DNA from: an uncultured delta proteobacterium | GTDB taxonomy: Bacteria > Desulfobacterota > RBG-13-43-22 | DNA: 64,000 nt | Reading direction: 5' to 3' | NCBI GenBank assembly: GCA_963711835.1 | Contig: CAVQFQ010000017.1 | Coordinates: forward strand, 544,001 to 608,000 | Shown here: positions 9,704-19,657 of the stretch, piece after piece | Position numbering within the stretch: the first letter of the stretch is position 1 | Layout of the letters: the number at the start of each line of letters is the position of its first letter | Program-made: the position numbers and the translations under genes | Notes under the pieces: model-generated | Told to the model about the DNA's origin: nothing | Databases searched by the model: none | What the model saw: only the letters and a program-made list of their open reading frames with translations

Positions 9704-10972
9704 ATGGTTTGGAGAAAATGGTTTTGCTGTTTAACTTTCCTGGTCTGTTTCTTGGTTTGGGGAGGGATGGCCAACACCTGGGCCGGAGAGATCGATGCCC
9801 TGCATCTGATCAATGTCCTGAAAAAGAAGGGCGTCCTCACCGACGAGGAGGCCAATGAGCTGATGAAAGAGGTGAGGACCAACACCCAGAAAGAAAAAAA
9901 GGAGATGCAGGAGGAGATCAAGGCCTCCGGGGCCAAGGGCGACCTGCTGCCTTCGGCCTTGAAGGGCTTTAAACTGGGCGCTACCATTTTTGGCGAATGG
10001 AACGCTAAAAATGAATCCAACGGCGGGAAAACGACCAACGAGTTTGCCCTGAACCGGGCCTATCTGACCCTGACCAAGCAATTCAACCCCTGGCTGGGGA
10101 TGAATCTGACCTCGGATCTGTTTACCTCCAAAGATGCCAATGACGCCGGCCAGGGTTTGGAGCTGCGAATCAAGTATGCCATGGCCGAGTTATATTTGGG
10201 CGGGACCACTACCGAAATCGGTCTGACTCATACGCCTTCCGACCAGTACGATTCAGCCATCTGGCCTTACCGGGTCCAGGGGAAGCATTTCCTGGATAAT
10301 CACGGCGTCCAGGCCTCGGCTGATTTAGGTATTAATATTCGAGGGGGATTTGGAAGTTCTCTGGGTGAGGATTTCCTTAAATACGGGTCGAAAGATTATG
10401 CCGGCAAATGGGGCGGCTACCAATTGGGTATCTACAACGGCCCCGGCTACTCCAACTTGGAGTCCAATACCGACAAGGCCCTGGCCGGCTTGATTTATTT
10501 CCGACCGGCTCCCATGGTTGATCTGCTCCAGGGCCTGCAACTGGCCTATTACGGCGTTTACGGCAAGAGCAACACTAACTTCGCCGATGTAACCAAGAAG
10601 AACGATTACCCGGACTGGCAGGTCAATGTCGGACAGTTATCCTGGCAGCACAAGTACTTTACCGTCATGGGCCAGTATTACTGGGGCAAGGGCACCGGCA
10701 CCAGCACGGAGGATAAGGACCGCAAAGGTTATGTGGCGGCCGGCTTCATGCGCATCCCCGGCTTCGAAAAGATGCGTATCTTCGGGAAATATGACTATTA
10801 TGACCCTGATACCAACAAATCCGACAACGGCGATACCACCTGGACTGCCGGCATCTCCTACGATTTTTCCAAAGAGTTCATGCCCTTTATCGCCTACGAG
10901 CACAAGGATTTTGAAGCCAAAAACACCAAAGATTATGACAAGCTTCAGGTGGGCTTCCAACTTAAGTTCTAA
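9704..10972 (+). CDS. Outer-membrane beta-barrel porin, probably phosphate-starvation induced
   Basis: Signal peptide, N-terminal coiled segment, alternating aromatic beta-strands and C-terminal Phe (LQVGFQLKF); lies in the Pho cluster. Confidence 0.75.
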   Translation: MVWRKWFCCLTFLVCFLVWGGMANTWAGEIDALHLINVLKKKGVLTDEEANELMKEVRTNTQKEKKEMQEEIKASGAKGDLLPSALKGFKLGATIFGEWNAKNESNGGKTTNEFALNRAYLTLTKQFNPWLGMNLTSDLFTSKDANDAGQGLELRIKYAMAELYLGGTTTEIGLTHTPSDQYDSAIWPYRVQGKHFLDNHGVQASADLGINIRGGFGSSLGEDFLKYGSKDYAGKWGGYQLGIYNGPGYSNLESNTDKALAGLIYFRPAPMVDLLQGLQLAYYGVYGKSNTNFADVTKKNDYPDWQVNVGQLSWQHKYFTVMGQYYWGKGTGTSTEDKDRKGYVAAGFMRIPGFEKMRIFGKYDYYDPDTNKSDNGDTTWTAGISYDFSKEFMPFIAYEHKDFEAKNTKDYDKLQVGFQLKF

Positions 10973-10989
10973 GGTCCTCCCATTTTCCT

Positions 10990-11061
10990 GCCGGGAAGGG
11001 CCGAGCGGCTCTTCCCGGTTCCTCATACCGGGGCCTCCCAATCGGGAGGCCCCGCCTTTTT
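10990..11061 (+). terminator. Tandem hairpins / intrinsic terminator after the porin
   Basis: gccgggaag...cttcccgg and gggcctccc-aatc-gggaggccc followed by a T-run. Confidence 0.55.
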
Positions 11062-11170
11062 GGGTGGCCTGTCCGGAAATCACCAAAAGTTCACCGGCTG
11101 TTCATGAAAACTTCTTTCAAGCAGGATATATCTATTCCCCAACAAGAATATCAAGGAAAGTGAACCAACG

Positions 11171-11389
11171 ATGGAAGCCCTGCTTACAACCTCTATCTGC
11201 TCAGAAAAAGAAAAATCCAGGAAACCTATGACGATCCTGCTGATCGATTCAACCTACCGCATATTCTATTTTGTTTTGCAGAAGGGGACCAAAATACGAT
11301 CGGTGGTCCCGGCCGACAAGGTCTTGGAGTTGATTCGCAAGGTAAATTTCGACCTAATCATCTTTGATCCTCAATTGGGGCATTTTTAA
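11171..11389 (+). CDS. Small hypothetical protein resembling the N-terminal half of a receiver domain
   Basis: TILLID and FDLIIFDPQL strands; purine-rich RBS-like sequence; 11-bp-period repeats upstream. Confidence 0.45.
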   Translation: MEALLTTSICSEKEKSRKPMTILLIDSTYRIFYFVLQKGTKIRSVVPADKVLELIRKVNFDLIIFDPQLGHF

Positions 11390-11534
11390 CAGCCTGCCGC
11401 CCTAACCCAAAGACCCCTCCAACGTAACCTATTTCCGACAAGGCCTTGAACTCTCAAGTCGGCGAGGGACGGGTTTTCGTTCCCCAACAGGCCCTGGAAT
11501 ACCTCCAGCCTTAATAATCCCTTTCTTTTGCCTT

Positions 11535-11580
11535 AAAACAGAAACGGGCCCCCGGATTTTCCGGCAGGCCCGTTTCTGTT
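11535..11580 (-). terminator. Intrinsic terminator of phoU (possibly bidirectional)
   Basis: Perfect 14-bp inverted repeat aacagaaacgggcc / ggcccgtttctgtt. Confidence 0.7.
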
Positions 11581-11604
11581 CCTAATGGGTCCGGAGAAAT
11601 AAAA

Positions 11605-12282
11605 TCAGGCCACCTTATGCCGGATATCCTCTCCTTTTATAAAATAGACGACCATTTCAGCCACGTTGGTGGCATGGTCGGCAATCCGCTCCAGGCACTT
11701 GGAGATGTAGTTGAGTTTGATGGCCCGGTTGATGAAGGTGGGATCTTTGATCATGGCGAGGATCAGTTCTTTTTGTATCTTTATGTTCCAGGCGTTGACA
11801 ACCTGGTCGTCCTCGCAGACCTGCAGGGCCATCTCTTCACTTTGTTCCAAAAAGGTGTTTAAGGCGTTTCGGACCATCGCCACCGACCGGCTGGCCAAGC
11901 CCGTCAAATCAAAGAAGGAGGCCAGGGGAGGCTCGGCCTTCAATTCCAGGACGCGTTTGGCGATGCTGACGCATTGATCCCCTATCCGTTCCAAGTCGGT
12001 TACGATTTTCAAGGCCAGGATGATCAAGCGCAGGTCTCGGGCCGTGGGCTGACGCCGGGCAATAAGTTCGACGCTTTTCTCGTCCAGTTCGACCTCCATT
12101 TCATTGATGAGGTGGTCGTGCTCGATCAGGCGGCGGGCCAGATCCGAATCGCGGTTCACCAGGGACTCCATGGCCTGGCCGATCCTTTCCTCGACCTTAA
12201 GGCCCATGTGAATCAGATCGTGCCGAATCGCTTCCAATTCATCATCGTATTTGGTTACGATGTGCGCTTTTTCCATATCCAT
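11605..12282 (-). CDS. phoU: Phosphate signalling protein PhoU
   Basis: RRQPTARDLR, DLERIGD and LERIADHATNVAE repeats. Confidence 0.96.
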   Translation of the reverse strand: MDMEKAHIVTKYDDELEAIRHDLIHMGLKVEERIGQAMESLVNRDSDLARRLIEHDHLINEMEVELDEKSVELIARRQPTARDLRLIILALKIVTDLERIGDQCVSIAKRVLELKAEPPLASFFDLTGLASRSVAMVRNALNTFLEQSEEMALQVCEDDQVVNAWNIKIQKELILAMIKDPTFINRAIKLNYISKCLERIADHATNVAEMVVYFIKGEDIRHKVA

Positions 12283-12385
12283 TTATTCGACCTTATCAGA
12301 CCTTTGGTTATCGGACGGGCCAGGCTTCGAATAGCCTGACCACCCAAAAGATAACCGGCTCAAGCGACAGGTCCATAAATTTCAG

Positions 12386-12401
12386 GTGAAAATAAGGTGA
12401 C
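12386..12401 (-). promoter_or_regulatory. Putative Pho box upstream of phoU
   Basis: Minus-strand GTCAC and TTCAC, 11 bp apart. Confidence 0.5.
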
Positions 12402-13044
12402 ATTTTCGGCTGACAAAGAAGCCGGAATGGGAAACTCGAAAAGAACTCGGCGTCTTTTCAGTAAGGGGCGGGTATGGGGTGCATTTTGCTTCGGCGGACC
12501 ACCTCGCGGCAGTCAGCCGCACCGTTATTACCTGGGGGTCTTGGTTAAGAAATGACCGTCCTCAGGAAACCTCTTCGGGCGAACTGACTTCAGGGCTTTT
12601 TTCATCGAAATGTAACCTGTTCGAAACCAAAAAAGAAAATATAAAGGTTATAATCCATTCCGAAAGTTTCATAAAAAGCCCTTTCAGAAAGAAATATCAG
12701 GGCAGGGTGAATACTTACCATCTCGGCTAAACCTTATTAAAAGAGATCCCGGTTAGAGATTCAGATCAGGATCGGAATAGGAAAAAAATGAAAAAAAGCA
12801 ACAAACTTCTCACGTACCGAAAAAAGTCTGCCCATAATTTTTCTGCAAATAATGAACGGCCCACGGCCAAAGCCTATCAGGAAAAAGAGTGTGTTCAGTC
12901 TCTCCCTGCCGGGGACTGGAAAGAAAGGGCGAAAAACCATTTTCCAACCGAGGAGGGTGATTACAGGGATTATTATCGGGTGCGGTAGCCCCCGATCTGT
13001 TTCACCTCACCTATCCATTCCTTACGAAGGGTTTTCCGATGTTT

Positions 13045-13198
13045 TTCACCAAAGGTTCAACTTCGTGTAACCCGTTTTGGCCTCTGTGCCTTATTTTTTT
13101 ATCTCAAATTCACAAGAAGGGAGGCGGTCTTATCGGAAAAAATCAGCTCTTCTTAACCCTTTTGTAACACGATGGTAACAAAGTAACCTTATTTTAAC
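13045..13198 (+). promoter_or_regulatory. Pho box arrays upstream of pstS
   Basis: TTCAC/TTCAA/GTAAC at 13045/13056/13067; TTAAC/GTAAC/GTAAC at 13153/13164/13175; GTAAC/TTAAC at 13183/13194. Confidence 0.7.
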
Positions 13199-13224
13199 AA
13201 TGATTGAAAAATCAAGGAGGAAAA

Positions 13225-14112
13225 ATGAAAAAGATAGTGCTCTTTATTCTAATGGCAACCGTAGTGATGGCCCCTCAGTTAATCCAGGGGGCTACCTTTA
13301 TTCAGGTCAAAGGCTCCGATACGGAAGTGAACGTGGTCCAGCGTTTGGCCGAGAACTTTATGAAAAAGAATACCAATTACAGTATCGCTGTGACAGGCGG
13401 GGGCTCGGGCGTCGGTATCGCAGCCATTATCAATAAAACCACGGACTTGGCCAACGCCTCAAGGCCCATGAAAGATTCGGAATTGGCCAAGGCCAAGGCC
13501 AACGGCGTCAATCCCATCGGGGTGGCCTTTGCCGTGGACGGGCTTTCGGTTATCGTCAATCAAAAAAATTCTTTAAAAACGCTTACCTTGGATCAAGTGG
13601 GCCAGATCTACCGCGGCGAATTGGCCAACTGGAAACAGGCCGGTGGTCCGGATGTGCCGATTACCCTCTACGGGCGGCAGCCTAACTCAGGGACCTTCGT
13701 TTTCTTCCGGGAAGGGGTGGTCCGCGGGGATTATGCCAACAAGATGAATCAGATGAACGGGAACGCCCAGATCCTGGAGGCGGTCAAGAAAGACCTGGGT
13801 GGAATCGGCTACGTGGGGATCGGCTATGTCCTGGATGACCGAGGCGATATAGCCCCTGGTATTCAGGTGGTGGACATCGCCAAGGACAGCCGTAGCAAGC
13901 CTTTTTCTCCTTTGAAATTGGAAAATATCCTCACCGGAAATTACCCTATCACCCGTCCCCTTTACCAGTACTTCGACGGCAACAGCCGGGCCAAGGTCGA
14001 GGCCTTTGTCAAATTCGAGTTGAGCCCGGAAGGGGTGGCCATCATCAAAATGGACGGCTTTTATCCCTTAACCGACCAGTGGAAAAAACATAATGCCCAA
14101 CTCGGATTCTAA
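13225..14112 (+). CDS. pstS: Phosphate ABC transporter substrate-binding protein PstS
   Basis: IQVKGSDT, GGGSGVGIAA, NASRP, GRQPNSGT and YPITRPLY motifs; AGGAGG before ATG 13225. Confidence 0.95.
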   Translation: MKKIVLFILMATVVMAPQLIQGATFIQVKGSDTEVNVVQRLAENFMKKNTNYSIAVTGGGSGVGIAAIINKTTDLANASRPMKDSELAKAKANGVNPIGVAFAVDGLSVIVNQKNSLKTLTLDQVGQIYRGELANWKQAGGPDVPITLYGRQPNSGTFVFFREGVVRGDYANKMNQMNGNAQILEAVKKDLGGIGYVGIGYVLDDRGDIAPGIQVVDIAKDSRSKPFSPLKLENILTGNYPITRPLYQYFDGNSRAKVEAFVKFELSPEGVAIIKMDGFYPLTDQWKKHNAQLGF

Positions 14113-15025
14113 TCAGATAAACTTTGCCCTTCCCAAAGAGATCAGGATCTGGAGGCGGTTTCAGGACCGTTTAATCCACCGTTTTTTTCAAGCCAATGGA
14201 ATCCTCTCCATCCTGATCCTGCTGGGGATCTTCCTCTTACTATTGATAGAAGGCTTCCCTGCCGTTAAAAACTTGGGCCTGTCCAGTTTCTTTTCCATGA
14301 TCTGGAACCCCACCTCCTTTGTAAAAGAAACCTACGGCCTGGGGGCCATGATCGTCAGCACCTTAATGGTCACCTTCCTGGCCCTGTTGTTTGCCGTTCC
14401 CATCGGACTGGGCTGCGCTGCCTATCTGGCCGAAATCGCCCCGGTCTGGGTGCGGGAGACATTAAAACCAGTCATTGAAATCCTGGCCGGCATTCCTTCC
14501 GTAGTACTCGGCTTTCTGGGGATCGTGGTCGTCGGCCCGGCCATTGCTGTGGTCTTCCATCTTCCAAACGGCTTGAACGCCCTCAACGGCTCTATTCTGT
14601 TGGCCGTCATGAGCCTGCCGACCATCATCAGCATCTCCGAGGACGCCATCTCCTCCGTACCCAGAACCTATAAGGAGGCCTCCCTGGCCCTGGGGGCCAC
14701 CCGCTGGCAGACCCTGATCAAGGTGATAGTCCCCTCGGCACTTTCCGGGATTATTGCATCGATTATGCTGGGCATGGGCCGAGCCATCGGAGAAACCATG
14801 ACGGTTCTGATGGCCACCGGAAATGCCCAGAAAACGCCCCACCAGATCTTCGATGCCGTCCGGACCATGACGGCCACCATCGCCATTGAACTGGGGGAAG
14901 TGCCCTTCGGTTCCGATCACTACCACGGGCTTTTTGTAGTCGGATTCATTCTCTTTGTTATGACCTTCGCAGTGAACCTGATCGCTGATCTGGTATTGGC
15001 CAAATACCAGGAGGTGGAGCGGTGA
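14093..15025 (+). CDS. pstC: Phosphate ABC transporter permease PstC (start uncertain)
   Basis: LAGIPSVV, EASLALGATRWQT, GRAIGETM. Confidence 0.95.
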   Translation: MPNSDSNQINFALPKEIRIWRRFQDRLIHRFFQANGILSILILLGIFLLLLIEGFPAVKNLGLSSFFSMIWNPTSFVKETYGLGAMIVSTLMVTFLALLFAVPIGLGCAAYLAEIAPVWVRETLKPVIEILAGIPSVVLGFLGIVVVGPAIAVVFHLPNGLNALNGSILLAVMSLPTIISISEDAISSVPRTYKEASLALGATRWQTLIKVIVPSALSGIIASIMLGMGRAIGETMTVLMATGNAQKTPHQIFDAVRTMTATIAIELGEVPFGSDHYHGLFVVGFILFVMTFAVNLIADLVLAKYQEVER

Positions 15026-15882
15026 TCAGCAAGGCCCTCAGCGAAAAAATCGGATTTGGTATCCTGATCATGACCACCATTTTGGTGGTGATGACGCTGG
15101 CCGGAATCCTGGTAAATATTTTTTATAACGGGGCTTCCGTCATCAGTTGGGAGTTCCTGACCCAGCCTCCAAGGGACGGCATGACCGCCGGCGGCATCCT
15201 GCCGGCCATCATCGGCACCTTTATGGTCAGCATCATTACCGTGATTTTTGCCGTTCCCCTGGGGATGTTCAGCGCCATTTACCTAAACGAATATGCCCAT
15301 CAAGGCACTTTGGTGCGCTTGATCCGCCTTTCCATCAGAAATCTATCCGGGGTGCCTTCGATTGTTTACGGCCTTTTTGGGGTGGCCATTTTCGTACGCT
15401 TTTTTCATTTAGGGGCCAATATCCTGTCGTCAGGGATGACCTTGGGTCTTCTAACCCTGCCCTGGACCATTACGGCCAGCGAAGAGGCTTTAAAAACCGT
15501 GCCCAAGTCATACCGGGATGGGGCCCTGGCCCTGGGGGCCACTAAGTGGCAGGCCATCCGGACCAATGTGCTTCCCTATGCCATCCCGGGCATGTTGACC
15601 GGGGCCATTCTGGGGCTGGCCCGGGCAGCCGGCGAAACGGCGCCCATTCTGTTTACCGGGGCGGCCTTCTTTATCCCTTTCCTACCCAGGTCTCTTTTCG
15701 ATCAATTTATGGCCCTTCCATATCACCTGTATATATTGGCCACCCAGCATCAAGACATCCAAACGGTCCGTCCGATTGCCTATGGAACGGCGCTGGTGCT
15801 GATTGGTCTGATCCTCTGCCTCAATGGTGTGGCTGTGTTCATCCGTTACAGGTACCGCAAAAAGGCCAGAATGGGACAATAA
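15022..15882 (+). CDS. pstA: Phosphate ABC transporter permease PstA
   Basis: [27 protein letters not shown]. Confidence 0.95.
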   Translation: MISKALSEKIGFGILIMTTILVVMTLAGILVNIFYNGASVISWEFLTQPPRDGMTAGGILPAIIGTFMVSIITVIFAVPLGMFSAIYLNEYAHQGTLVRLIRLSIRNLSGVPSIVYGLFGVAIFVRFFHLGANILSSGMTLGLLTLPWTITASEEALKTVPKSYRDGALALGATKWQAIRTNVLPYAIPGMLTGAILGLARAAGETAPILFTGAAFFIPFLPRSLFDQFMALPYHLYILATQHQDIQTVRPIAYGTALVLIGLILCLNGVAVFIRYRYRKKARMGQ

Positions 15883-15883
15883 A

Positions 15884-16672
15884 ATGGCTCCAGACCCTTT
15901 ATCGACCAAAACCTCGAGCCAAATGAAAATAACCATCCGGAACCTGAATTTTTATTATGGCCCCAACCTGGCCCTGGATAATCTCAATCTGGATATCCCA
16001 GGTTATCAGGTGACCGCTTTCATCGGCCCCTCTGGATGCGGCAAAAGCACCTTTTTGCGCTGTCTGAATAGAATGAATGAGACCATCCTCGGCACCCGGA
16101 TAGAGGGGCAGATCCTTCTGGATGGGGAAGATATCTATGCCCCGGAGGTCGATGTGGTGGATGTGAGGCGGCGGGTGGGCATGGTTTTCCAGAAATCCAA
16201 TCCCTTCCCCAAGACCATTTTTGAGAATGTGGCCTACGGACTTCGCATTAATGGGATGAGGGATAAACGGCAGCTTGCCGAGATTGTGGAAAAAAGTCTG
16301 GTAGATTCCGCCATCTGGGAAGAGGTCAAGGACCGGCTGTATGAATCAGCCATGGGGCTTTCAGGAGGCCAGCAGCAGCGCTTATGTATTGCCCGGGCCC
16401 TGGCCATTCAACCCGAAGTCATTCTCATGGATGAACCGGCCTCGGCCCTGGACCCGATCGCCACCCAGAAGATTGAAGATTTAATCCAGAAACTTAAGAA
16501 GGACTATACCATTGTCATTGTCACCCACAACATGCAACAGGCCGCCCGGGTGTCGGATATTACGGCCTTTTTTTATCTGGGGAAATTGATCGAAGTGAAT
16601 GAGACCGGCGCCCTCTTCACCAAACCGAAATTACGGCAGACCGAAGACTATATTACCGGACGCTTTGGCTAA
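15884..16672 (+). CDS. pstB: Phosphate ABC transporter ATPase PstB
   Basis: [41 protein letters not shown]; ATG at 15884 chosen as start. Confidence 0.96.
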   Translation: MAPDPLSTKTSSQMKITIRNLNFYYGPNLALDNLNLDIPGYQVTAFIGPSGCGKSTFLRCLNRMNETILGTRIEGQILLDGEDIYAPEVDVVDVRRRVGMVFQKSNPFPKTIFENVAYGLRINGMRDKRQLAEIVEKSLVDSAIWEEVKDRLYESAMGLSGGQQQRLCIARALAIQPEVILMDEPASALDPIATQKIEDLIQKLKKDYTIVIVTHNMQQAARVSDITAFFYLGKLIEVNETGALFTKPKLRQTEDYITGRFG

Positions 16673-16774
16673 TAAAGAAGTGAGGGGTGGCAAGTGATGT
16701 GTGACGAGAAGAATGCCGGAAGGGGTTACCCTTTCTGCTGGTTTATGTCTTTGCTGAAAGCCGAACGCTGACCG

Positions 16775-17899
16775 CTAATTCGGGAAGTACCAGGTTCCGC
16801 CATGGGGAATCAGAGGGGTTCTCTCTTCACTAAGACCAGCGGCCTGGGCAGCTTCGCGATAGGCTTTAGGGGGCAGGTCAAGGGGTTCGTCGGTTAAGTC
16901 GAAAACCCCCCACTGCTGAGGTATCAAAACCCGGGCCTTCAGATCCAGCAGGGCCTGAACCGCTTCCTGTGGATTCATATGATGAGGTTTCATGAACCAG
17001 CGCGGTTCATAGAGGCCGATCGGCATCAGTGCGGCATCCAAGGGGCCGAATTTTTTCCCGTATTCCTTAAAGCCAAAAAAATAACCCGAATCTCCTCCGA
17101 AAAAAACCTTTCTTCCAAACCCCTCCATCAACCAGGAACCCCAAAGACGTTTATTGGTGTCCCAGGGGGTGCGCTTGGTCCAGTGCTGTACCGGAAGCAG
17201 GCGATAGGTTATCCCTTGGATCGTTACCTGGTCAAACCAATCCAATTCCCTGACCCGGGCCCCGGGGAGGATGTTATCAAACCAGTCTTTATATCCCAAG
17301 GGGGTCAGGTAGATCGGTTTGGTTCCCAGTCTGCGGATACTGTCCTTATCCAGGTGATCATAATGGCTGTGGGAGATTAAAACGACCTCAGGGACCGGCA
17401 GATCTCCCGGTTTGAGCGGGAAAGAGGTTTGACGGTCAATAACGTATAGGATATCCTCGAAGAGGGGGTCGGTCAGTATATTTTGATTTTTCAGCCGGAT
17501 CCATAAAGTGGCGTGGCCCAGATAGGTGATGGAATCGCCGCCGGACAGTATTTCCTTTATCCTGGGTTGGATAACAGGGAAGGAGGGGGGATTTAGTTTT
17601 TCCTTTCGATAAGGATTGGGGCTCAGTTTCCACCGTAAAAAACTGAATAGCCCGCCGGATTGTCTTTCCTCAAGCCAGGGATTGATGAATCGGGGGTTCC
17701 CATGATGGGCCTTCGTCCTGGCCATAGTTTCAAGGTCCAACGGCTTCTCCTGACCATTTCCGGCCAGGGTCATCATGAATAGGATGGCCATGAAGAATAG
17801 CCCTAAACCTATCTTCCTGACCATCAAGGCTGTTTCGGGTCTTACGTTTCCGGCAATCCGCATAGGCTGCAAAATAATCATTGGCGGAAAAAGATGCAA
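16775..17899 (-). CDS. MBL-fold hydrolase (NAPE-PLD/RomA-like), probably exported; true start near 17824
   Basis: YLGHAT, ISHSHYDHLD, QHWTKR, FFGGDSGY, PIGLYEPRWFM. Confidence 0.88.
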   Translation of the reverse strand: MHLFPPMIILQPMRIAGNVRPETALMVRKIGLGLFFMAILFMMTLAGNGQEKPLDLETMARTKAHHGNPRFINPWLEERQSGGLFSFLRWKLSPNPYRKEKLNPPSFPVIQPRIKEILSGGDSITYLGHATLWIRLKNQNILTDPLFEDILYVIDRQTSFPLKPGDLPVPEVVLISHSHYDHLDKDSIRRLGTKPIYLTPLGYKDWFDNILPGARVRELDWFDQVTIQGITYRLLPVQHWTKRTPWDTNKRLWGSWLMEGFGRKVFFGGDSGYFFGFKEYGKKFGPLDAALMPIGLYEPRWFMKPHHMNPQEAVQALLDLKARVLIPQQWGVFDLTDEPLDLPPKAYREAAQAAGLSEERTPLIPHGGTWYFPN

Positions 17900-18065
17900 T
17901 CTTTTATTTTAGAGGGGCAGAGCAAGGATCATTTTCCGGATCCCGGCGCAGCTTTTTTGGAACATATTCCTTTGATTTCCAAAAAAAAATGAGTATCATG
18001 GCTCAACTGATATTTTTCAGGAGGCCATTCCCCCGTTCAACTCAGGTGAGAGTTTCTTCGTTGCC

Positions 18066-18857
18066 ATGAAATCATCTCTTCCTTCCCGGAAGCCCAACGG
18101 TCTCCGGATCTATCGATTTTCCATTTTTCAATCCGTCCCCGAACTCAGCCATGGGATATTCGGCCGTCAGGGCGGGGTCAGCCAAGGGGCCTTTTCCAGC
18201 CTTAATCTCAGTTTTTCAGTGGGGGATGAACAGGAAAGGGTAGTTCATAACCGCAGCTTACTTGTGGACGCCCTTGAAGTTGACAGCCTCCATAGTCTAA
18301 AACAGGTTCATGGAAAGGAAGTCCGGATCATTCAGGACGGCCAGGCCGCCCCGCATCCATTCCAGCCTGAAACGGTTTCCGGAGATATCCTGATGACGGA
18401 CAAACCCGGGCTCGGACTGCTGATCAAGCAAGCCGATTGTCAGGCTATTCTCCTGTATGATCCGGAACACCGGGCAGTCACCAATGTTCACTGCGGCTGG
18501 CGGGGAAATATCGGAGGGGTTATCCGGGAAACCATCTCAACCATGAGAAAAATCTACGGCTCCCGGCCTTCCCGCATGCTGGCCGGCATTGGACCTTCTT
18601 TGGGACCCTGCTGCGCTGAGTTTGTCAATTATCGGACCGAAATTCCTCCCCAATACTGGTCCTACCAAGTCCGTCGAAATTATTTTGATCTCTGGCGGAT
18701 GAGCCGGGATCAGTTGCTGGCCGAAGGGCTTCCGGAGAAGAACATCGAGGTGGCCGGCATTTGCACTTCCTGTGAAACTCCCCATTTTTTTTCTTATAGA
18801 AAAGAGAAGAAGACCGGCAGATTTGGAACCCTTATCGCTTTAAAGAGAAAAGCATGA
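18066..18857 (+). CDS. pgeF: Peptidoglycan editing factor PgeF (YfiH family)
   Basis: GGVSQGAFSSLN, QVHG, ADCQAI, HCGWRG, GPSLGPCC, CTSC, FFSYR. Confidence 0.92.
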   Translation: MKSSLPSRKPNGLRIYRFSIFQSVPELSHGIFGRQGGVSQGAFSSLNLSFSVGDEQERVVHNRSLLVDALEVDSLHSLKQVHGKEVRIIQDGQAAPHPFQPETVSGDILMTDKPGLGLLIKQADCQAILLYDPEHRAVTNVHCGWRGNIGGVIRETISTMRKIYGSRPSRMLAGIGPSLGPCCAEFVNYRTEIPPQYWSYQVRRNYFDLWRMSRDQLLAEGLPEKNIEVAGICTSCETPHFFSYRKEKKTGRFGTLIALKRKA

Positions 18858-19657
18858 GCCTTATTTTTCAGGAATCATCGGTCCAGGGAATCCAACGTAT
18901 TGCCCCGGATGTTTATCGATTGGTTTTTTCTGCCGGAGCCATAACCGGCCAGGCCAAGCCGGGCCAGTTCCTGATGATCCGTCCGGTCAAATTTCGTGAA
19001 CCGCTCCTGCCCCGACCTTTTTCCATCCATCGCATCCGGGGGAATTTTTTGGAAATCCTTTTCAAAGTGGTCGGCCTGGGGACCAGACAACTGGCTGAGG
19101 CGGCCAAAGGGGATCTGTTGGAAATCCGGGGGCCCTTAGGCCGAGGATTCCGGGTGGACCTGGCCAAGGAACCTGTGCTGGTGGCCGGCGGTCTGGGAGT
19201 AGCCCCTCTGTTAGGCCTGGCCGAATTTCTTTCGAAGCTGAAAAAATGGCCTTTTCGAATTCCGGCGAAACTTGTAATCGGGGCCAAAACGAAAAAAGAG
19301 CTGTTCTGTCTCCGGGAATTTGAGCAGGCTTGTCTGGAAGTGCTGGTGGCCACCGAGGACGGTTCCTCCGGCCATAAGGGCCTGGTTACGGATCTTTTAA
19401 AAAAACTGTTTCCAGACAGGGAAGCCCCTGTGGCCTTGTATGCCTGCGGTCCCCATCCCATGCTGAAAGCGGTCGGCCGGTGGGCCGTGGCCCGGAACAT
19501 CCCCTGCCAGGTCTCTTTGGAAGCGCGCATGGCCTGCGGCCTGGGGGCCTGTTTGGGCTGTGTGACGGCCAAAAAAAATGAGGCCGGGATATCCTATGTA
19601 AATGTCTGCCAGGAGGGGCCGGTTTTTGAGGCCAAAGACCTTGTCTGGGAAGAATAG
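18854..19657 (+). CDS. pyrK: Dihydroorotate dehydrogenase electron transfer subunit
   Basis: PGQF, RPFS, GPLGRGF, ACGPHPM, MACGLGACLGC...VCQEGPVF. Confidence 0.93.
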   Translation: MSLIFQESSVQGIQRIAPDVYRLVFSAGAITGQAKPGQFLMIRPVKFREPLLPRPFSIHRIRGNFLEILFKVVGLGTRQLAEAAKGDLLEIRGPLGRGFRVDLAKEPVLVAGGLGVAPLLGLAEFLSKLKKWPFRIPAKLVIGAKTKKELFCLREFEQACLEVLVATEDGSSGHKGLVTDLLKKLFPDREAPVALYACGPHPMLKAVGRWAVARNIPCQVSLEARMACGLGACLGCVTAKKNEAGISYVNVCQEGPVFEAKDLVWEE

